DNA from: a virus
Taxonomy: Duplodnaviria; Caudoviricetes
Virus record (IMG/VR): IMGVR_UViG_3300013121_000005
Coordinates: 299,485-363,484 of that record
Reading direction: 5' to 3' (one strand)
Length of the DNA: 64,000 nt
The notes below the pieces were generated by a model. It worked only from the letters and a program-made list of their open reading frames with translations, ran no database searches and was not told the origin of the DNA. Shown one piece after another: positions 1-10,037 of this stretch; within the stretch, counting starts at the first letter, position 1; every line of letters starts with the position of its first letter. A program made the translations under genes and the position numbers.

Positions 1-1103
1 GTCCAAACCTTAATGACCCTCTCGAAATCCTTGAGATTTAGCCCCTCAAGTCGTCTTGTGTCTAAAGTAACTTGAGCTTTCGCGTTGGCCTTCTCTTTTA
101 GGCACTCCGAAAGCTTCTGACGGTCAGCTTGAATGACTTGATTCATATGCTCGGCAATCTGCTCAAGATTTTCACGGCTGTAGGGCAAACACTCCCCCTT
201 GATAAAAGCTCGAACCTGTTGGTGGGTCACAAGATCCGCATACCTGCGAATGGGGGAGGTAAAGTGCAGATAGGCAGGCAGGTTAAGCCCGTAATGCCCA
301 AACAGAGTAGCCCCATAGGATGCCTTATCCAACAACATGTGGGTCTGCTGTCGAATGAGGTCCAAGTTGGAAAGAGGGGTGCTGAAAGCGCTCTGGATTT
401 GAGCCATCAGCTCACTTCGATCTGGAGCCGCCGCTCGGGCAACATGGTTCCGAAATGGAACAGGAATATCATGCCCGACTACAAACTCAGCCACTAAGAA
501 GTTGGCCAGAATCATCAGCTCCTGGACTATGATATTGCCCATAGTCTCCTCTTTGCTTTCGACCTTTCGGAGGTAGCCCTCTTCTGTTGTAATCCATCCG
601 TTGTTTAGGTCGTACAGAGCAAGAGCCCCCGCCCTTCGACGATGATCCAGCAAGCCCAGTGCTACATGACTAGCATCTGCCAGCATGCTGTGAAATCTAT
701 GGGCACTATCTGCCAAAATACCTGGAATTTCAGTATAGGCAATTCGGGCTTCGCTTGTAAGTTGGGTAGCAGAGATACCAAGAAGTTGAGCCTTGTCGAA
801 GGTAGGGGAGACCAATGCTTCGACAGTCAAGGTTTTGCGGGGGGCCCCCGGAAACAAGGACAAGCTTCCTTCCGAGAGTTCTCGTGGTAGCATGGGGCTA
901 TTGCCCCTCGCATAGTACTTGGTGGTGACCCGCTCTTTAGCCAGCTCATCCAACTGGCTCCGGGGTTGCACAACTTCCGACACATCCGAGATCGAAACCA
1001 AGACCCGGTAGTAAGCGCCGTCACTAACTACCCAAATTGCATCATCAATGTCTTTGGTGTAAGATGCATCAATGGTAACCCCACGAACTTCAGGAAGAGA
1101 CAT
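1..1103 (-). CDS. RNB-domain exoribonuclease (RNase II/RNase R family), runs off window start
   Basis: Manual translation from ATG 1103: MSLPEVRGVTIDASYTKDIDDAIW (catalytic TIDxxxxxDIDDA) and GHYGLNLPAYLHFTSPIRRYADL. Missing from the ORF track because there is no stop in the window. Confidence 0.93.
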   Translation of the reverse strand, partial: MSLPEVRGVTIDASYTKDIDDAIWVVSDGAYYRVLVSISDVSEVVQPRSQLDELAKERVTTKYYARGNSPMLPRELSEGSLSLFPGAPRKTLTVEALVSPTFDKAQLLGISATQLTSEARIAYTEIPGILADSAHRFHSMLADASHVALGLLDHRRRAGALALYDLNNGWITTEEGYLRKVESKEETMGNIIVQELMILANFLVAEFVVGHDIPVPFRNHVARAAAPDRSELMAQIQSAFSTPLSNLDLIRQQTHMLLDKASYGATLFGHYGLNLPAYLHFTSPIRRYADLVTHQQVRAFIKGECLPYSRENLEQIAEHMNQVIQADRQKLSECLKEKANAKAQVTLDTRRLEGLNLKDFERVIKVW

Positions 1104-1126
1104 GGCACCTACCCCTACACCTCAGG

Positions 1127-1408
1127 TTGACATTTCTAACCGACGAACGTTTTAAGGGGAGCATGCAGTACAAGGTCGTCGTAAAGTTCACGAGGGTGCA
1201 CAAGAAGGGGCCTCTTCGCGGAACAACTACCAGCCACATGATCCCTCTTTTTTCAAAAAAAGGGCTCGTCGAACAGTGGCGAAAGACTATCATAGTACTT
1301 GCCAAGCGCAATGGAGGTTGGCGGCTTGGGTCATTTGACGTCTTGGAGGGCGTTGAGGCACAACAAGCATACCAAGACGCGAAATCCAAAAATTGGCAGA
1401 CGAGCTAA
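1127..1408 (+). CDS. hypothetical protein
   Basis: ORF ending at a bidirectional terminator; true start may be ATG 1163. Confidence 0.5.
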   Translation: MTFLTDERFKGSMQYKVVVKFTRVHKKGPLRGTTTSHMIPLFSKKGLVEQWRKTIIVLAKRNGGWRLGSFDVLEGVEAQQAYQDAKSKNWQTS

Positions 1409-1412
1409 ATGG

Positions 1413-1450
1413 GAAAACAGGAATTGACCCTAGAGTCAATTCCTGTTTTC
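1413..1450. terminator. bidirectional hairpin terminator
   Basis: Perfect 16-bp stem GAAAACAGGAATTGAC/GTCAATTCCTGTTTTC between convergent genes. Confidence 0.8.
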
Positions 1451-1471
1451 TTTCGCCTAGTTAGGCTCAGC

Positions 1472-3790
1472 TTAGAGCTTGATCTGGACTTCTTTCATTT
1501 CAACTTTGCAATCGATGGGCTTGCCATCCAGGGTGACCGTTAGTTGAGTCTCATCCACAGACGAGAACTCCGTGAACCACACCTGGCCGACAACAATCGC
1601 GAACTTGATTTGGGCTAGCTCGAAGATGAGCCCACGGGCCTTGGCGATGGACTCCTTGGCCTTCGCATCGACCCACTTGATGAAATCCGCATCACTCGGC
1701 TTGGTAGCCAAGTAGGCTTCGACCTCCTCGACGTAGGGCTTCATGAGCTGTCCCGGACCGTTGAACTTTCCGGACGACGCCTGTTTCTTGTACTCGGTCA
1801 TCGAGGGAAGCTTCGAGTAGCCCTTGAGGGATACTTCGAGCGCCTTGCCGACGTAGAAGTCCGTGGACTCCGCCGAGACCATCTTGGGCGAGAAGCCCGA
1901 GTAGTCGGTGAAGCCCTGCTCCTTGAGCCACTCGGCGCCGTCGTCCCCATAGGTCGCCTTGAAGGAGGCCGACTCCTTCTTTGGAACCCTTTCATCCTTG
2001 TACGCTTTGTACACCTTCTGGGCTGCACGAGCCTTTTCCAGCTCATACTGCTTCTCGAAAAGCGCCGTAGCCGAAGCCGTCTTGCACATCTTCCGGTTGA
2101 CAACCGGAAGAGACTTCAAGTTGATGGCTCCCTCTACGTAATCCCCACTTACAACCATCTTTGCTGGCTTGGCTTCCTCAGGAAGGAACTTGGCAAGTTC
2201 CTTAGCCATCGCATGGGATACTCGAACGGGGAGGGTCTCCATGTTGACTAGACCGTCGGCGACGACGTTCCGGTCCCGGAACTGGAACGAGGGGAACGGC
2301 GTCGGGATCTTGCCTTTGAACTGGTCCGGGATGCGGTCCGCGATGTCGACCGTCCCCTCTAGCCGAAGCTTGAGCGAGATGTTCGGCCGGTCCTCGTTGA
2401 AGGTCAGCGAGGAGATGGCGTAGCCCTCGGGCTGCTTCTTGATCTCGAACTTGAGGGGGTTCTTGTTCGCGGTCAGAGCGGCCAGCTCCTCCTGAAGCTC
2501 CTTGAGCTTCTTGGCGTTCTTCTCGCTGGCCATCTTGGAGCTGATCTCAGCCACCTTCTTCTGCTCGTCCGCCGACATGACCTCGGAGGCGTCGACCCGC
2601 TTGCGGGAGATGCGGGAGAACTTGAATTCCGGGTGGTCCAGAAGGACCCGGCTGCTGTCATCTGAAGCGAGAAGCTTGAGAAGGTCGAGGATCGTGTAGG
2701 CATCATCTGCCGGAATCTTCGTGGGGTCGTAGCCCTTCTCGTAACGACCGGTGCCGAAAGCTGCCGCCTTCGCCACGTCCATGAACTCACTGTACTTCTG
2801 CTTGCCGAAGCACGTGGAAAACATGTTGATGAACTTCACGTCGCCCGTCGCCTTGAGAAGCGGGAAGATCACCTCCGGCTTCATGCGGACCGAGAAGAGG
2901 CTCAAGGCGGCATAAGCTGCATCGAGGGCTGGGTGGGTGTTGTTCTCGACCTTGAAGGTACCGCCGTCCGAGCCGACTGCCGAAGGGGAAAGGTAGAAGA
3001 TCGCTGTTGTATCCTCGGGGATGCTGACCTTGTTGCCCTCCAACCCATAGGTCGTAAGGTCTCCTGCCCCTTGGCTCCAAACAAAACCCCCGATAGGGTC
3101 CCCTGAAATACCTAATGTGATACGAGGAGCGCCTGAAGGGCGCTTAGCCATCGCAGCCTCGAAGATTGGCTGGAACTTGTCGAAAGCGTCGGCGTGGATG
3201 AGGGTACCTCCGGCCTTTTCCGCCATAGCCGTAAGAAGAGAGCGATCGGCGTAGTAACCGTACTCCACGAAAGTCGCCGCAGCGAGCCCTCCCGAAGCCT
3301 TCTCGCAGACCTTCAGGATGTCTTGCCGAGACCATTGGTTGTCGCAACCATCGGACATGAAGAAGAGCGAGAAGGCCGAGCCAGGGCGCTTCTTGGCCAC
3401 CCTCTCGATGAGCTTGCCTGCCTCCTCCAGAGGCTCCTTGAAGCCCGTGAGACCACATGGCTTGAGCCAGCGGTCGATCGCCTTCTCCACGTCCTTGAGG
3501 TCCGTCAGCGTCGAAACCGGCTCGGCCTCCAGAAGGGCGCCGAACTCTCCGCGCCCGCTGAACCAGATGACGGAGAGGGTATCCTTCTCCCCGATGAGCT
3601 TGGGAAGCTTCTTCTTGAGCTGCGTCCGGATCTGAGGAAGATCGTAGGACATCGACCCAGAGCAATCGATCACGACCACATGGTTAGTGGGGACCTCTAC
3701 TGGTTTCGTTGCCTTCAGTGAAGAGTTGACGGATTGACGTGTGAGGTACAGACCATCGGCAATCTTATAGGACACAACACTAGGGGTCAT
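1472..3790 (-). CDS. vWA (MIDAS) domain protein, 772 aa
   Basis: VVVIDCSGSM (DxSxS) and FFMSDG motifs in the N-terminal domain; strong codon bias. Confidence 0.85.
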   Translation of the reverse strand: MTPSVVSYKIADGLYLTRQSVNSSLKATKPVEVPTNHVVVIDCSGSMSYDLPQIRTQLKKKLPKLIGEKDTLSVIWFSGRGEFGALLEAEPVSTLTDLKDVEKAIDRWLKPCGLTGFKEPLEEAGKLIERVAKKRPGSAFSLFFMSDGCDNQWSRQDILKVCEKASGGLAAATFVEYGYYADRSLLTAMAEKAGGTLIHADAFDKFQPIFEAAMAKRPSGAPRITLGISGDPIGGFVWSQGAGDLTTYGLEGNKVSIPEDTTAIFYLSPSAVGSDGGTFKVENNTHPALDAAYAALSLFSVRMKPEVIFPLLKATGDVKFINMFSTCFGKQKYSEFMDVAKAAAFGTGRYEKGYDPTKIPADDAYTILDLLKLLASDDSSRVLLDHPEFKFSRISRKRVDASEVMSADEQKKVAEISSKMASEKNAKKLKELQEELAALTANKNPLKFEIKKQPEGYAISSLTFNEDRPNISLKLRLEGTVDIADRIPDQFKGKIPTPFPSFQFRDRNVVADGLVNMETLPVRVSHAMAKELAKFLPEEAKPAKMVVSGDYVEGAINLKSLPVVNRKMCKTASATALFEKQYELEKARAAQKVYKAYKDERVPKKESASFKATYGDDGAEWLKEQGFTDYSGFSPKMVSAESTDFYVGKALEVSLKGYSKLPSMTEYKKQASSGKFNGPGQLMKPYVEEVEAYLATKPSDADFIKWVDAKAKESIAKARGLIFELAQIKFAIVVGQVWFTEFSSVDETQLTVTLDGKPIDCKVEMKEVQIKL

Positions 3791-3843
3791 GGGGAATCCT
3801 TCTTCTGAGCTGAAAGTTCAGGCCAGGAAGGGTATACACCAGC

Positions 3844-4101
3844 TCAGCGCCTATTCCGCAACAAACGTTCCGCTCGGTCACTCCCCAAAGTAAGGTGTAG
3901 GATGGGCTCTACTTTTGCAAGGAACGCATCGCGGTTCCGAAGCTTATGCTTGGCGTGAAAGGTAAGTGTCAGTATGCCCAGCATACTGACACTTGAAAGT
4001 TGATCGACATTGATATGGGTTAGGATCTCATCCACCTCTTGAAACTTACCGGCTCGAAAGAGCGTGTCGAAGTTAGACAGGAGGTCTATCGTATCGGTCA
4101 C
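3844..4101 (-). CDS. hypothetical protein
   Basis: ORF; GTG start directly after the upstream stop. Confidence 0.6.
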   Translation of the reverse strand: MTDTIDLLSNFDTLFRAGKFQEVDEILTHINVDQLSSVSMLGILTLTFHAKHKLRNRDAFLAKVEPILHLTLGSDRAERLLRNRR

Positions 4102-4102
4102 T

Positions 4103-5524
4103 TCACCCAACCCATTTCTTTGCGGTAGCAATCGCCTTGGCTAGATCGTGAGTGTGGACCGAAGTCGGAAGGAAATTGCCTGAGTCAACATCTTTCAGAG
4201 TGACATTGAACCCACCTCTGGACGCTTCCCAAACGTAGGACTCCATGTCCCCATCTTTGCTTGTGAAGGTATGGAGAGGCTTTTCTTTGCTTGCTGCTTT
4301 GAGAGCTGCCACCTTTACAGCCCCAGGCAAAACTGTGTTGAGCCACCAACGAACCTTCTCGTGGACTGCTCGGGGGCCATAAGCCACGAGTAACCCGATC
4401 GTCTCACAAAAGGCTTCCTCTGGGTTCTTGTTCGCGTACCCTGTGATGGGGTGCTTGGGGACTCGGATAGTCCTATGCCCCTCCTGGAGAAGCTTCTCGA
4501 AGTCCTCTTTCGTTTGGTACCGATCATACGATCGGTCATGAGTGAGAGCCTCGACTTGAAGAGCCAAAACAGGGTCTTCTGTCATTTTCTCTGAGAACTG
4601 AAAAGCCCAGGTATCCCCTGGCCACTTCTCGATAAGCTCTTTGATATCAAGGTCCCCAAAATCACCTCGAATCGTCTGAGTCCAGAAATCCTGTGCTTCC
4701 TGACTCAGATATGTCTGGAAAAGATGATGGCCCATCTCATGAGCCATTGCATGGGCGACCCACCCTGGCCCCTTACTGCGGACAGACGAAGCATAGAACG
4801 TAATGTACCCAGCTCTATGGTACTCCCCGCCCTTATCAAGAGTGGCCTTGAACTCGACCTCTACAGGGAGCTGCTTCTTCAAGAGAATAGGAGCAACAGC
4901 CGCCGCTCGACGACGGTACAGGCGGAGCCCTTCCTGCAAGATGGCCAGCTCTTCCTCATTAGAGCCCCCTTCTTTGTACCCCAGCATCGTAAGCTGGAAC
5001 CCTTCAAGGACAGTCTTGTCCGCCGAGGGAAGATCAACTTCCACAGGCTTTTTGTGGATCCCCTCGTACCAGGAAATGAAGGTCTTTACCGCCTTCCAGA
5101 AGTCCTGAGCCTTCTTCTGGACCCGAGCTTTCCACGTAGGGAACTCTCGCTCGAATCGAGCGAATAGAGCCGCCTCATTCCAGTAGTCGTCCTTGAAGCC
5201 AATGGGCATAGAACTCAACTCACTTGAGAATGTCCAGGCTACAGAGCGTAGGGTACTATCCACCCACTTTGCATCCGACTCGGATAAACCTAAGTTGTAC
5301 TTGAGGTCCCGATTCATGAAATTCTCGAAGAACAAGTCGTCGAAGTTCTTCCGGTAGACTCGCAGAGCATTCCGCAGCTCATGGGCGGTCTGATAGTCTT
5401 TCACTCGGGGCAAATTCTTGAGCAGGGTGAGGAAGTCCTTTCGGAGCTTCTCGATCCAAGCCAAGTCTATATGCTTCTTGGCAGCAAGAGTAACCCAGCG
5501 GCGATCGTAATCGGGACCCATCAT
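4103..5524 (-). CDS. zincin-like metallopeptidase domain protein
   Basis: AHEMGHH (HExxH) plus downstream GYANKNPEEAFCE; N-terminal DYDRR motif. Confidence 0.7.
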   Translation of the reverse strand: MMGPDYDRRWVTLAAKKHIDLAWIEKLRKDFLTLLKNLPRVKDYQTAHELRNALRVYRKNFDDLFFENFMNRDLKYNLGLSESDAKWVDSTLRSVAWTFSSELSSMPIGFKDDYWNEAALFARFEREFPTWKARVQKKAQDFWKAVKTFISWYEGIHKKPVEVDLPSADKTVLEGFQLTMLGYKEGGSNEEELAILQEGLRLYRRRAAAVAPILLKKQLPVEVEFKATLDKGGEYHRAGYITFYASSVRSKGPGWVAHAMAHEMGHHLFQTYLSQEAQDFWTQTIRGDFGDLDIKELIEKWPGDTWAFQFSEKMTEDPVLALQVEALTHDRSYDRYQTKEDFEKLLQEGHRTIRVPKHPITGYANKNPEEAFCETIGLLVAYGPRAVHEKVRWWLNTVLPGAVKVAALKAASKEKPLHTFTSKDGDMESYVWEASRGGFNVTLKDVDSGNFLPTSVHTHDLAKAIATAKKWVG

Positions 5525-5547
5525 ACCGGGACGCTTACATAGGAAGA

Positions 5548-5847
5548 CTAGGGCTCAACTCTCACAAGCTTGCCATAGATGCCCCCAAGAGAGATCCAAC
5601 CGTTGGTACTCCGGACGCCTCCAATTAGAAAGCGCTCTTGTTGGACCGCCTTAATCAGATGAAGATACTGCTTGCCGTTCACCTTACAGAGAACGATGTC
5701 CCCTTCTTGAGGTACTTGATTGCCAAGGGGCTCTACAATACAGAGCTGACCCGACTTGATCTTGGGCATCATTGAAGCCCCGCGAGGACGGAATTGGACC
5801 GTCTCCCCCGCTTGAAGCTTAGCGATGTAGGGTGTGGCCCAGCTCAC
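5548..5847 (-). CDS. S24/S26 peptidase-like protein
   Basis: RGASMMPKI...GDIVLCKV...YLHLI pattern; GTG start overlapping the upstream stop. Confidence 0.65.
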   Translation of the reverse strand: MSWATPYIAKLQAGETVQFRPRGASMMPKIKSGQLCIVEPLGNQVPQEGDIVLCKVNGKQYLHLIKAVQQERFLIGGVRSTNGWISLGGIYGKLVRVEP

Positions 5848-6074
5848 TACGGATCCTCCCCGTCCAACAACTCCGCCACGAGGAGGAACGGCCAGCCGAG
5901 CACCAGAAGCACGAGCACCCCGGCGAGCATCGCCCGTGCCTTCCACTCCGACCTGATTTGCTCGTCAAGGTTCTGGCCGGAGTAGACGCTCATCACCACC
6001 TGCGCAAAAGCCACCACACCCGCAACGTACAGCCCGCCCAAAAACAGCGTCAGAAAAAGCCCTGAGTCCGACAT
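5847..6074 (-). CDS. small two-TM membrane protein
   Basis: Two hydrophobic segments; overlaps both neighbours at start and stop. Confidence 0.6.
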   Translation of the reverse strand: MSDSGLFLTLFLGGLYVAGVVAFAQVVMSVYSGQNLDEQIRSEWKARAMLAGVLVLLVLGWPFLLVAELLDGEDP

Positions 6075-6646
6075 CACTTGACAACCGGCCGGGCGGCGAT
6101 GGCTTCGTTGAGCCACTTTCGGAGCTGTTCTCGCTCATCTTGATTCTCAACCAATTCGAGCAAGGGGACGATGTACCTGTGGGTCTCGTCGATGACCCGA
6201 GCCCACCGCTTGTCCTTGAAGACTGTCCTGCCTTCACGGAGGTTGCAGATTCGGTCGGCGAGCTTCACCTTCGCTTCCGCAAACCTCAAGGTCTGACGCA
6301 GGCGAGCGAGGTAGGCGATCTTGGAGTCCGCCGCCTCGTCATGTGTGAGGCTCACGACACCGAAGACGATGTTGTAGTGTACCCCCTCGGCCATAAGATC
6401 CGCCTCGGTCACCCGAGACCCATCTTCTTTTCGGCCGTCTTCGATAAGATCGTGCATCCACGCCACGTCGATGCAGTGCTCATACGTGGCCTTCTCTCGC
6501 TCGCTGAGGGGCGATGGGTGGGTCAAATCACAAAGCTCAACCAAGAGGTTTACGAGGTCTTGTGGGTGTTCCCACGCCAGTCTGTTGCCCGGCCCCTGCC
6601 GGGTACCCGACATCCAACGTCGGGCTAGTTCTTCACTTTTCCTCAC
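6074..6646 (-). CDS. HD-domain hydrolase, RelA/SpoT-hydrolase (Mesh1/SAH)-like
   Basis: VAWMHDLIED, VVSLTHD, VKLADRICNL motifs. Confidence 0.8.
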   Translation of the reverse strand: MRKSEELARRWMSGTRQGPGNRLAWEHPQDLVNLLVELCDLTHPSPLSEREKATYEHCIDVAWMHDLIEDGRKEDGSRVTEADLMAEGVHYNIVFGVVSLTHDEAADSKIAYLARLRQTLRFAEAKVKLADRICNLREGRTVFKDKRWARVIDETHRYIVPLLELVENQDEREQLRKWLNEAIAARPVVK

Positions 6647-6998
6647 TTTTTTTCATCCTCTTCTTCCTTCTCTCCCTCCTTGAACGAACGAGAAAGACGG
6701 GCTTCAACCTTGGCAAAAACAAAACTGCCAAGATAGAAGGTGGGACTTCTACTTTAAACATGTGACCATGGGGGCTCTTGAGTACCAGGAATGCTTGGTG
6801 CGACTCGTCAACAGGCTTGATCTCAAGGATCTCCCCAGAAAAAGCACGGACTTCCTCGATTTGGCGTGACTCGTAAGCATGAAGGACCTCAAGAAAAAGC
6901 TTGGTCCCGTTAGACTGGCTACTATCGCTCTCGAAGGTGAAAAACTGCATGATGTGCTCTGGGGGTTGCTTGTTCATATTCATATCTTTCTGGTTCAA
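6633..6998 (-). CDS. hypothetical protein
   Basis: ORF in minus-strand run. Confidence 0.5.
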   Translation of the reverse strand: MNQKDMNMNKQPPEHIMQFFTFESDSSQSNGTKLFLEVLHAYESRQIEEVRAFSGEILEIKPVDESHQAFLVLKSPHGHMFKVEVPPSILAVLFLPRLKPVFLVRSRRERRKKRMKKSEEK

Positions 6999-7025
6999 AG
7001 TGACTTAGACAGTTCAAACGCCCCA

Positions 7026-7232
7026 TCAGGACCGGTCACCTTTCTCTGAGGAACCCTTCAGAAGTTTGAATCTCTCCTCGATGGCCTTGTTGGTCTGCCA
7101 GAAGCTCAGGAAGCAACGGTCCTTTTGCTCCTTGGAGTGTTCGGCTTGGCTCTCACCACACGTCGGACACCAGTCATCAGGGGCCTTGGGCTCTTCGGGT
7201 TCAAGGTCGCGGTCGTCATCCCAACGTGGCAT
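7026..7232 (-). CDS. small CxxC protein
   Basis: CPTCG...H...C; coupled to the upstream gene. Confidence 0.6.
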   Translation of the reverse strand: MPRWDDDRDLEPEEPKAPDDWCPTCGESQAEHSKEQKDRCFLSFWQTNKAIEERFKLLKGSSEKGDRS

Positions 7233-7459
7233 CAGCTACTCCTCTGAGAATCCTTCAGAAGTTTGAGCGCATAGGCCAAAATCACGAGGAGAAAAATAGG
7301 CCAAAACACAACAACAAGGACGAACCCTGCACATGCCCCAACCTGCATCGCCTTGCTAGGAAACCTGTCCCTAAACTTCTCGGATGAACGCAAAAGAGCA
7401 ACACAAATACCAGTACTCCATGCGACCCCGACCAAATAAAAGACTACCCAAAGATGCAT
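7232..7459 (-). CDS. small membrane protein
   Basis: Two TM segments; downstream of a class-A promoter motif and GGAG. Confidence 0.6.
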   Translation of the reverse strand: MHLWVVFYLVGVAWSTGICVALLRSSEKFRDRFPSKAMQVGACAGFVLVVVFWPIFLLVILAYALKLLKDSQRSS

Positions 7460-7522
7460 AGACACTCCATTCAACGAACCGACTGAGGTTCTTCAACGCT
7501 TACACCAAGCCCAAGATTCACA

Positions 7523-9466
7523 TTAGGGAAGTCCCAGTTTTTTTCGACGTGCACGGATAGCCTGCTTTGAGTGTGCGATGCCCACATCGAAACACATGCC
7601 CATCCATGGGTTCTTCAAAACCCAATCTTCTGGATCCAGCCGCTCAAGGATGCTGTTCCCCACGTAGGGTTTTTGGCTGTACCAGTGCTGTAAAGCCCAA
7701 GGCAAGTCCTTGGGCTTCATCCCTACGAGCACTGCAATAGCCTCAGGGCACGTAGGACGTATAGAGGTGAAAACTGTCGCTTTTACTGCCTCACGTTCAG
7801 CACAATAGGCTTTGCCCTTGTCAAAGACACCAAGCCTAAACTTGGGGAAATAAAACCCCCAAGTGTCTTGCTGATTGAGGGCAACGTTTTCATCTAGCAC
7901 ATAGCTCTCCGTACCCTCATGCAACCGAGTGGGGTGCCACTTGGGTAGTATCAACTCCCCCCTTGCACTTGCATCGAGGAGGAACTCCTGATTGAGCTTT
8001 AGGTGCGTCAGGTACCACTCAGAGATGTTGGCCCCCTCTCGCTCGAACTCCTCTTCCGCAAGCTGTTGGATCACCCGCATTTGGTTAACACGAGCGGCCC
8101 ATGTCCGATCTCTTTGAATCTTCTCCTTCGTTCCGAACATGGTGGGGTCCAAGGCTTCAAAGCCAGCCTTTAGCCCCAAGGTCCCCTTCAAGAGGAGTTT
8201 TGATTGCTCCCCAACTAGGTTAAAGACTTCCTCAGACACCCCAGCCCCGTACCGATCCACCATCCATCGGTTGAATCCAGTAGGTTTACACTCCCACTGA
8301 TTCTCGGTACCTTCAGCCGTAAGGTCTTCTCTCTTGAGCGGAGCCAGCTCCAAGGACTGGTACAACTTCTCTTTCACAAGCGAACCTGTAGACCCTACAA
8401 GAGCTTGAGGTTCAACAACCATTTCCCCTGTGTAGGACAGCTCTGGTAGACGTACATTCTGATCCCAGAACTTCTCCCGGATCAAGTCGAACATGAGAAT
8501 CGTCCATACAAACTCCTCCGCTTCAAGATCCCGAATATCCTTGAGCGGTACCGCCTCGACATTAACCGGCACCAAAGACGTCCGGGTATTAGCGAAAACA
8601 CGGCCATTCCCCAACTCACCCTCCTGTTCTCTAAGGTCCAGCAACTGGTAAGGAAACCAGTTGCGGGCAGCACGTTGAGAAAGCTGACGGTCAGGCCGAC
8701 GAGTCATGCGCTTGTGCGCCGGATGGGGTCCATCCGTATGGTCTGTGAGAATGGTCAGAGTACTGCCGTTACGAATAGCGAAGACGAAGTAGGAACGAAG
8801 AGCTTCTTCCGGGTCTCGGATCAAACAAAGAGAGATCCCTGATACCTTCTGAGCCCGCATCGCAAGGAGCAACGAATTGATGTTCCAGAACTCGAAAACC
8901 TGAGGAGTAAACTTGGCAGGGGTACCCCCTCCAGGCCCCTGAGTGAATTGATGCGCCTCTAGAGCATGATGGATGCTGAAGAGAGCATCCCTTCGGAGGT
9001 GCGCCAGGGCAACTTTATCCGCCAGGACCTTCTCCAAAGCTTCCGTAGGAAGTCCAGGTCGAACCCCGTATTGAACGGCAGCTTCCCTGAGCCGCTTCTG
9101 AAAGTCCTCGATGAGTCGAATCACCCATGGGGTCCCCAGAATAGCCTGCAACTCCTTCATTGGGTGAAGCTGAGCGTCAATCAATTTCGAGTCGAAAATG
9201 AGAGAGTACGCTGAAATCTGCACCTCTCGGAGGTAACTTTCGACAAGCCCACGAAGCATCATGAAAGTCGTAAGCCCGGTGGGGTCCAGAGTGCGACTTT
9301 CGTTGAGCTTTTTGATCTGCTCTTGAAGGTAATATCCGGTGCTTGCGGGTGCGCTGGAATATGCCCGCTTGTCGTGGACGCTCCACCGTTCTACTTCGAG
9401 CCAAGCTAGGGCAAGATCGGTCAGCTCATTAATCGATTCCATGGGGGGTTTCTTGGTCGAGATCAT
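7523..9466 (-). CDS. hypothetical protein, 647 aa
   Basis: Long ORF; GGTGTA motif 9 nt upstream. Confidence 0.8.
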   Translation of the reverse strand: MISTKKPPMESINELTDLALAWLEVERWSVHDKRAYSSAPASTGYYLQEQIKKLNESRTLDPTGLTTFMMLRGLVESYLREVQISAYSLIFDSKLIDAQLHPMKELQAILGTPWVIRLIEDFQKRLREAAVQYGVRPGLPTEALEKVLADKVALAHLRRDALFSIHHALEAHQFTQGPGGGTPAKFTPQVFEFWNINSLLLAMRAQKVSGISLCLIRDPEEALRSYFVFAIRNGSTLTILTDHTDGPHPAHKRMTRRPDRQLSQRAARNWFPYQLLDLREQEGELGNGRVFANTRTSLVPVNVEAVPLKDIRDLEAEEFVWTILMFDLIREKFWDQNVRLPELSYTGEMVVEPQALVGSTGSLVKEKLYQSLELAPLKREDLTAEGTENQWECKPTGFNRWMVDRYGAGVSEEVFNLVGEQSKLLLKGTLGLKAGFEALDPTMFGTKEKIQRDRTWAARVNQMRVIQQLAEEEFEREGANISEWYLTHLKLNQEFLLDASARGELILPKWHPTRLHEGTESYVLDENVALNQQDTWGFYFPKFRLGVFDKGKAYCAEREAVKATVFTSIRPTCPEAIAVLVGMKPKDLPWALQHWYSQKPYVGNSILERLDPEDWVLKNPWMGMCFDVGIAHSKQAIRARRKKLGLP

Positions 9467-9498
9467 CCCTAAGTTTACACCAAAACGCTCTTTCCCCC

Positions 9499-9684
9499 TT
9501 GACGAGTTTTTGGTTGGGCGTAGATTACCTGAGACTCAGCAACCCCTTGTTGCACACATGTGTGCAAATGCCGCAGGGTCTACATACAATCAGCAAGTAG
9601 GCTACCCCATGCCACGACCACGATCTCCTCCGATGTGAAGAAGGAGACGAGCCCGGAACCCTAAAGTTCCGGGCTTCGTCATTT
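9499..9684 (+). ncRNA. promoter-sRNA/leader-terminator unit A (26-aa sORF ending RPRSPPM)
   Basis: TTGACG-N16-TAGATT, sORF 9558-9638, hairpin GCCCGGAAC/GTTCCGGGC at 9646-9684. Confidence 0.5.
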
Positions 9685-9699
9685 AAAGGGCGAGACCTC

Positions 9700-9834
9700 T
9701 TGACTAGTTTTGGGTTAGGAATAGGATTGCGTGTGCAGCATAGGATTGCTGAGTCTCAGCTTTCCCTTGCTGCACCACATGCTTTGCCCTAGGGGGAGTA
9801 AGCCCGGAACTTTGGGTTCCGGGCTTCGTCATTT
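9700..9834 (+). ncRNA. promoter-sRNA-terminator unit B (paralog of unit A)
   Basis: TTGACT-N16-TAGGAT, hairpin 9733-9775, same terminator sequence at 9800-9834. Confidence 0.5.
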
Positions 9835-9851
9835 AGGGTGTATGTAGCCCT

Positions 9852-10037
9852 ATGTGCCGCTCAGTTAGGGCTGACCAAGTAGTGGTGGGGGCCCGTATCT
9901 ACAGTAAGGATGCATACCACCCTCAAGCCAAATGGTTGAGAGTCACCAACGTTACCACATGCAGGGGATATGTGGTACTCTCAACCCCTGTGTATGATAC
10001 CTGGAAGCATCCCGCTGAAGGGGTGTGCATTGAATGA
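9852..10037 (+). CDS. hypothetical protein
   Basis: ORF after GGTGTA motif. Confidence 0.55.
   Translation: MCRSVRADQVVVGARIYSKDAYHPQAKWLRVTNVTTCRGYVVLSTPVYDTWKHPAEGVCIE

Noticed and set aside
129-1024. ORFs 129..497, 642..890, 827..1024
   Set aside because: Shadow frames of the RNB gene on the minus strand.
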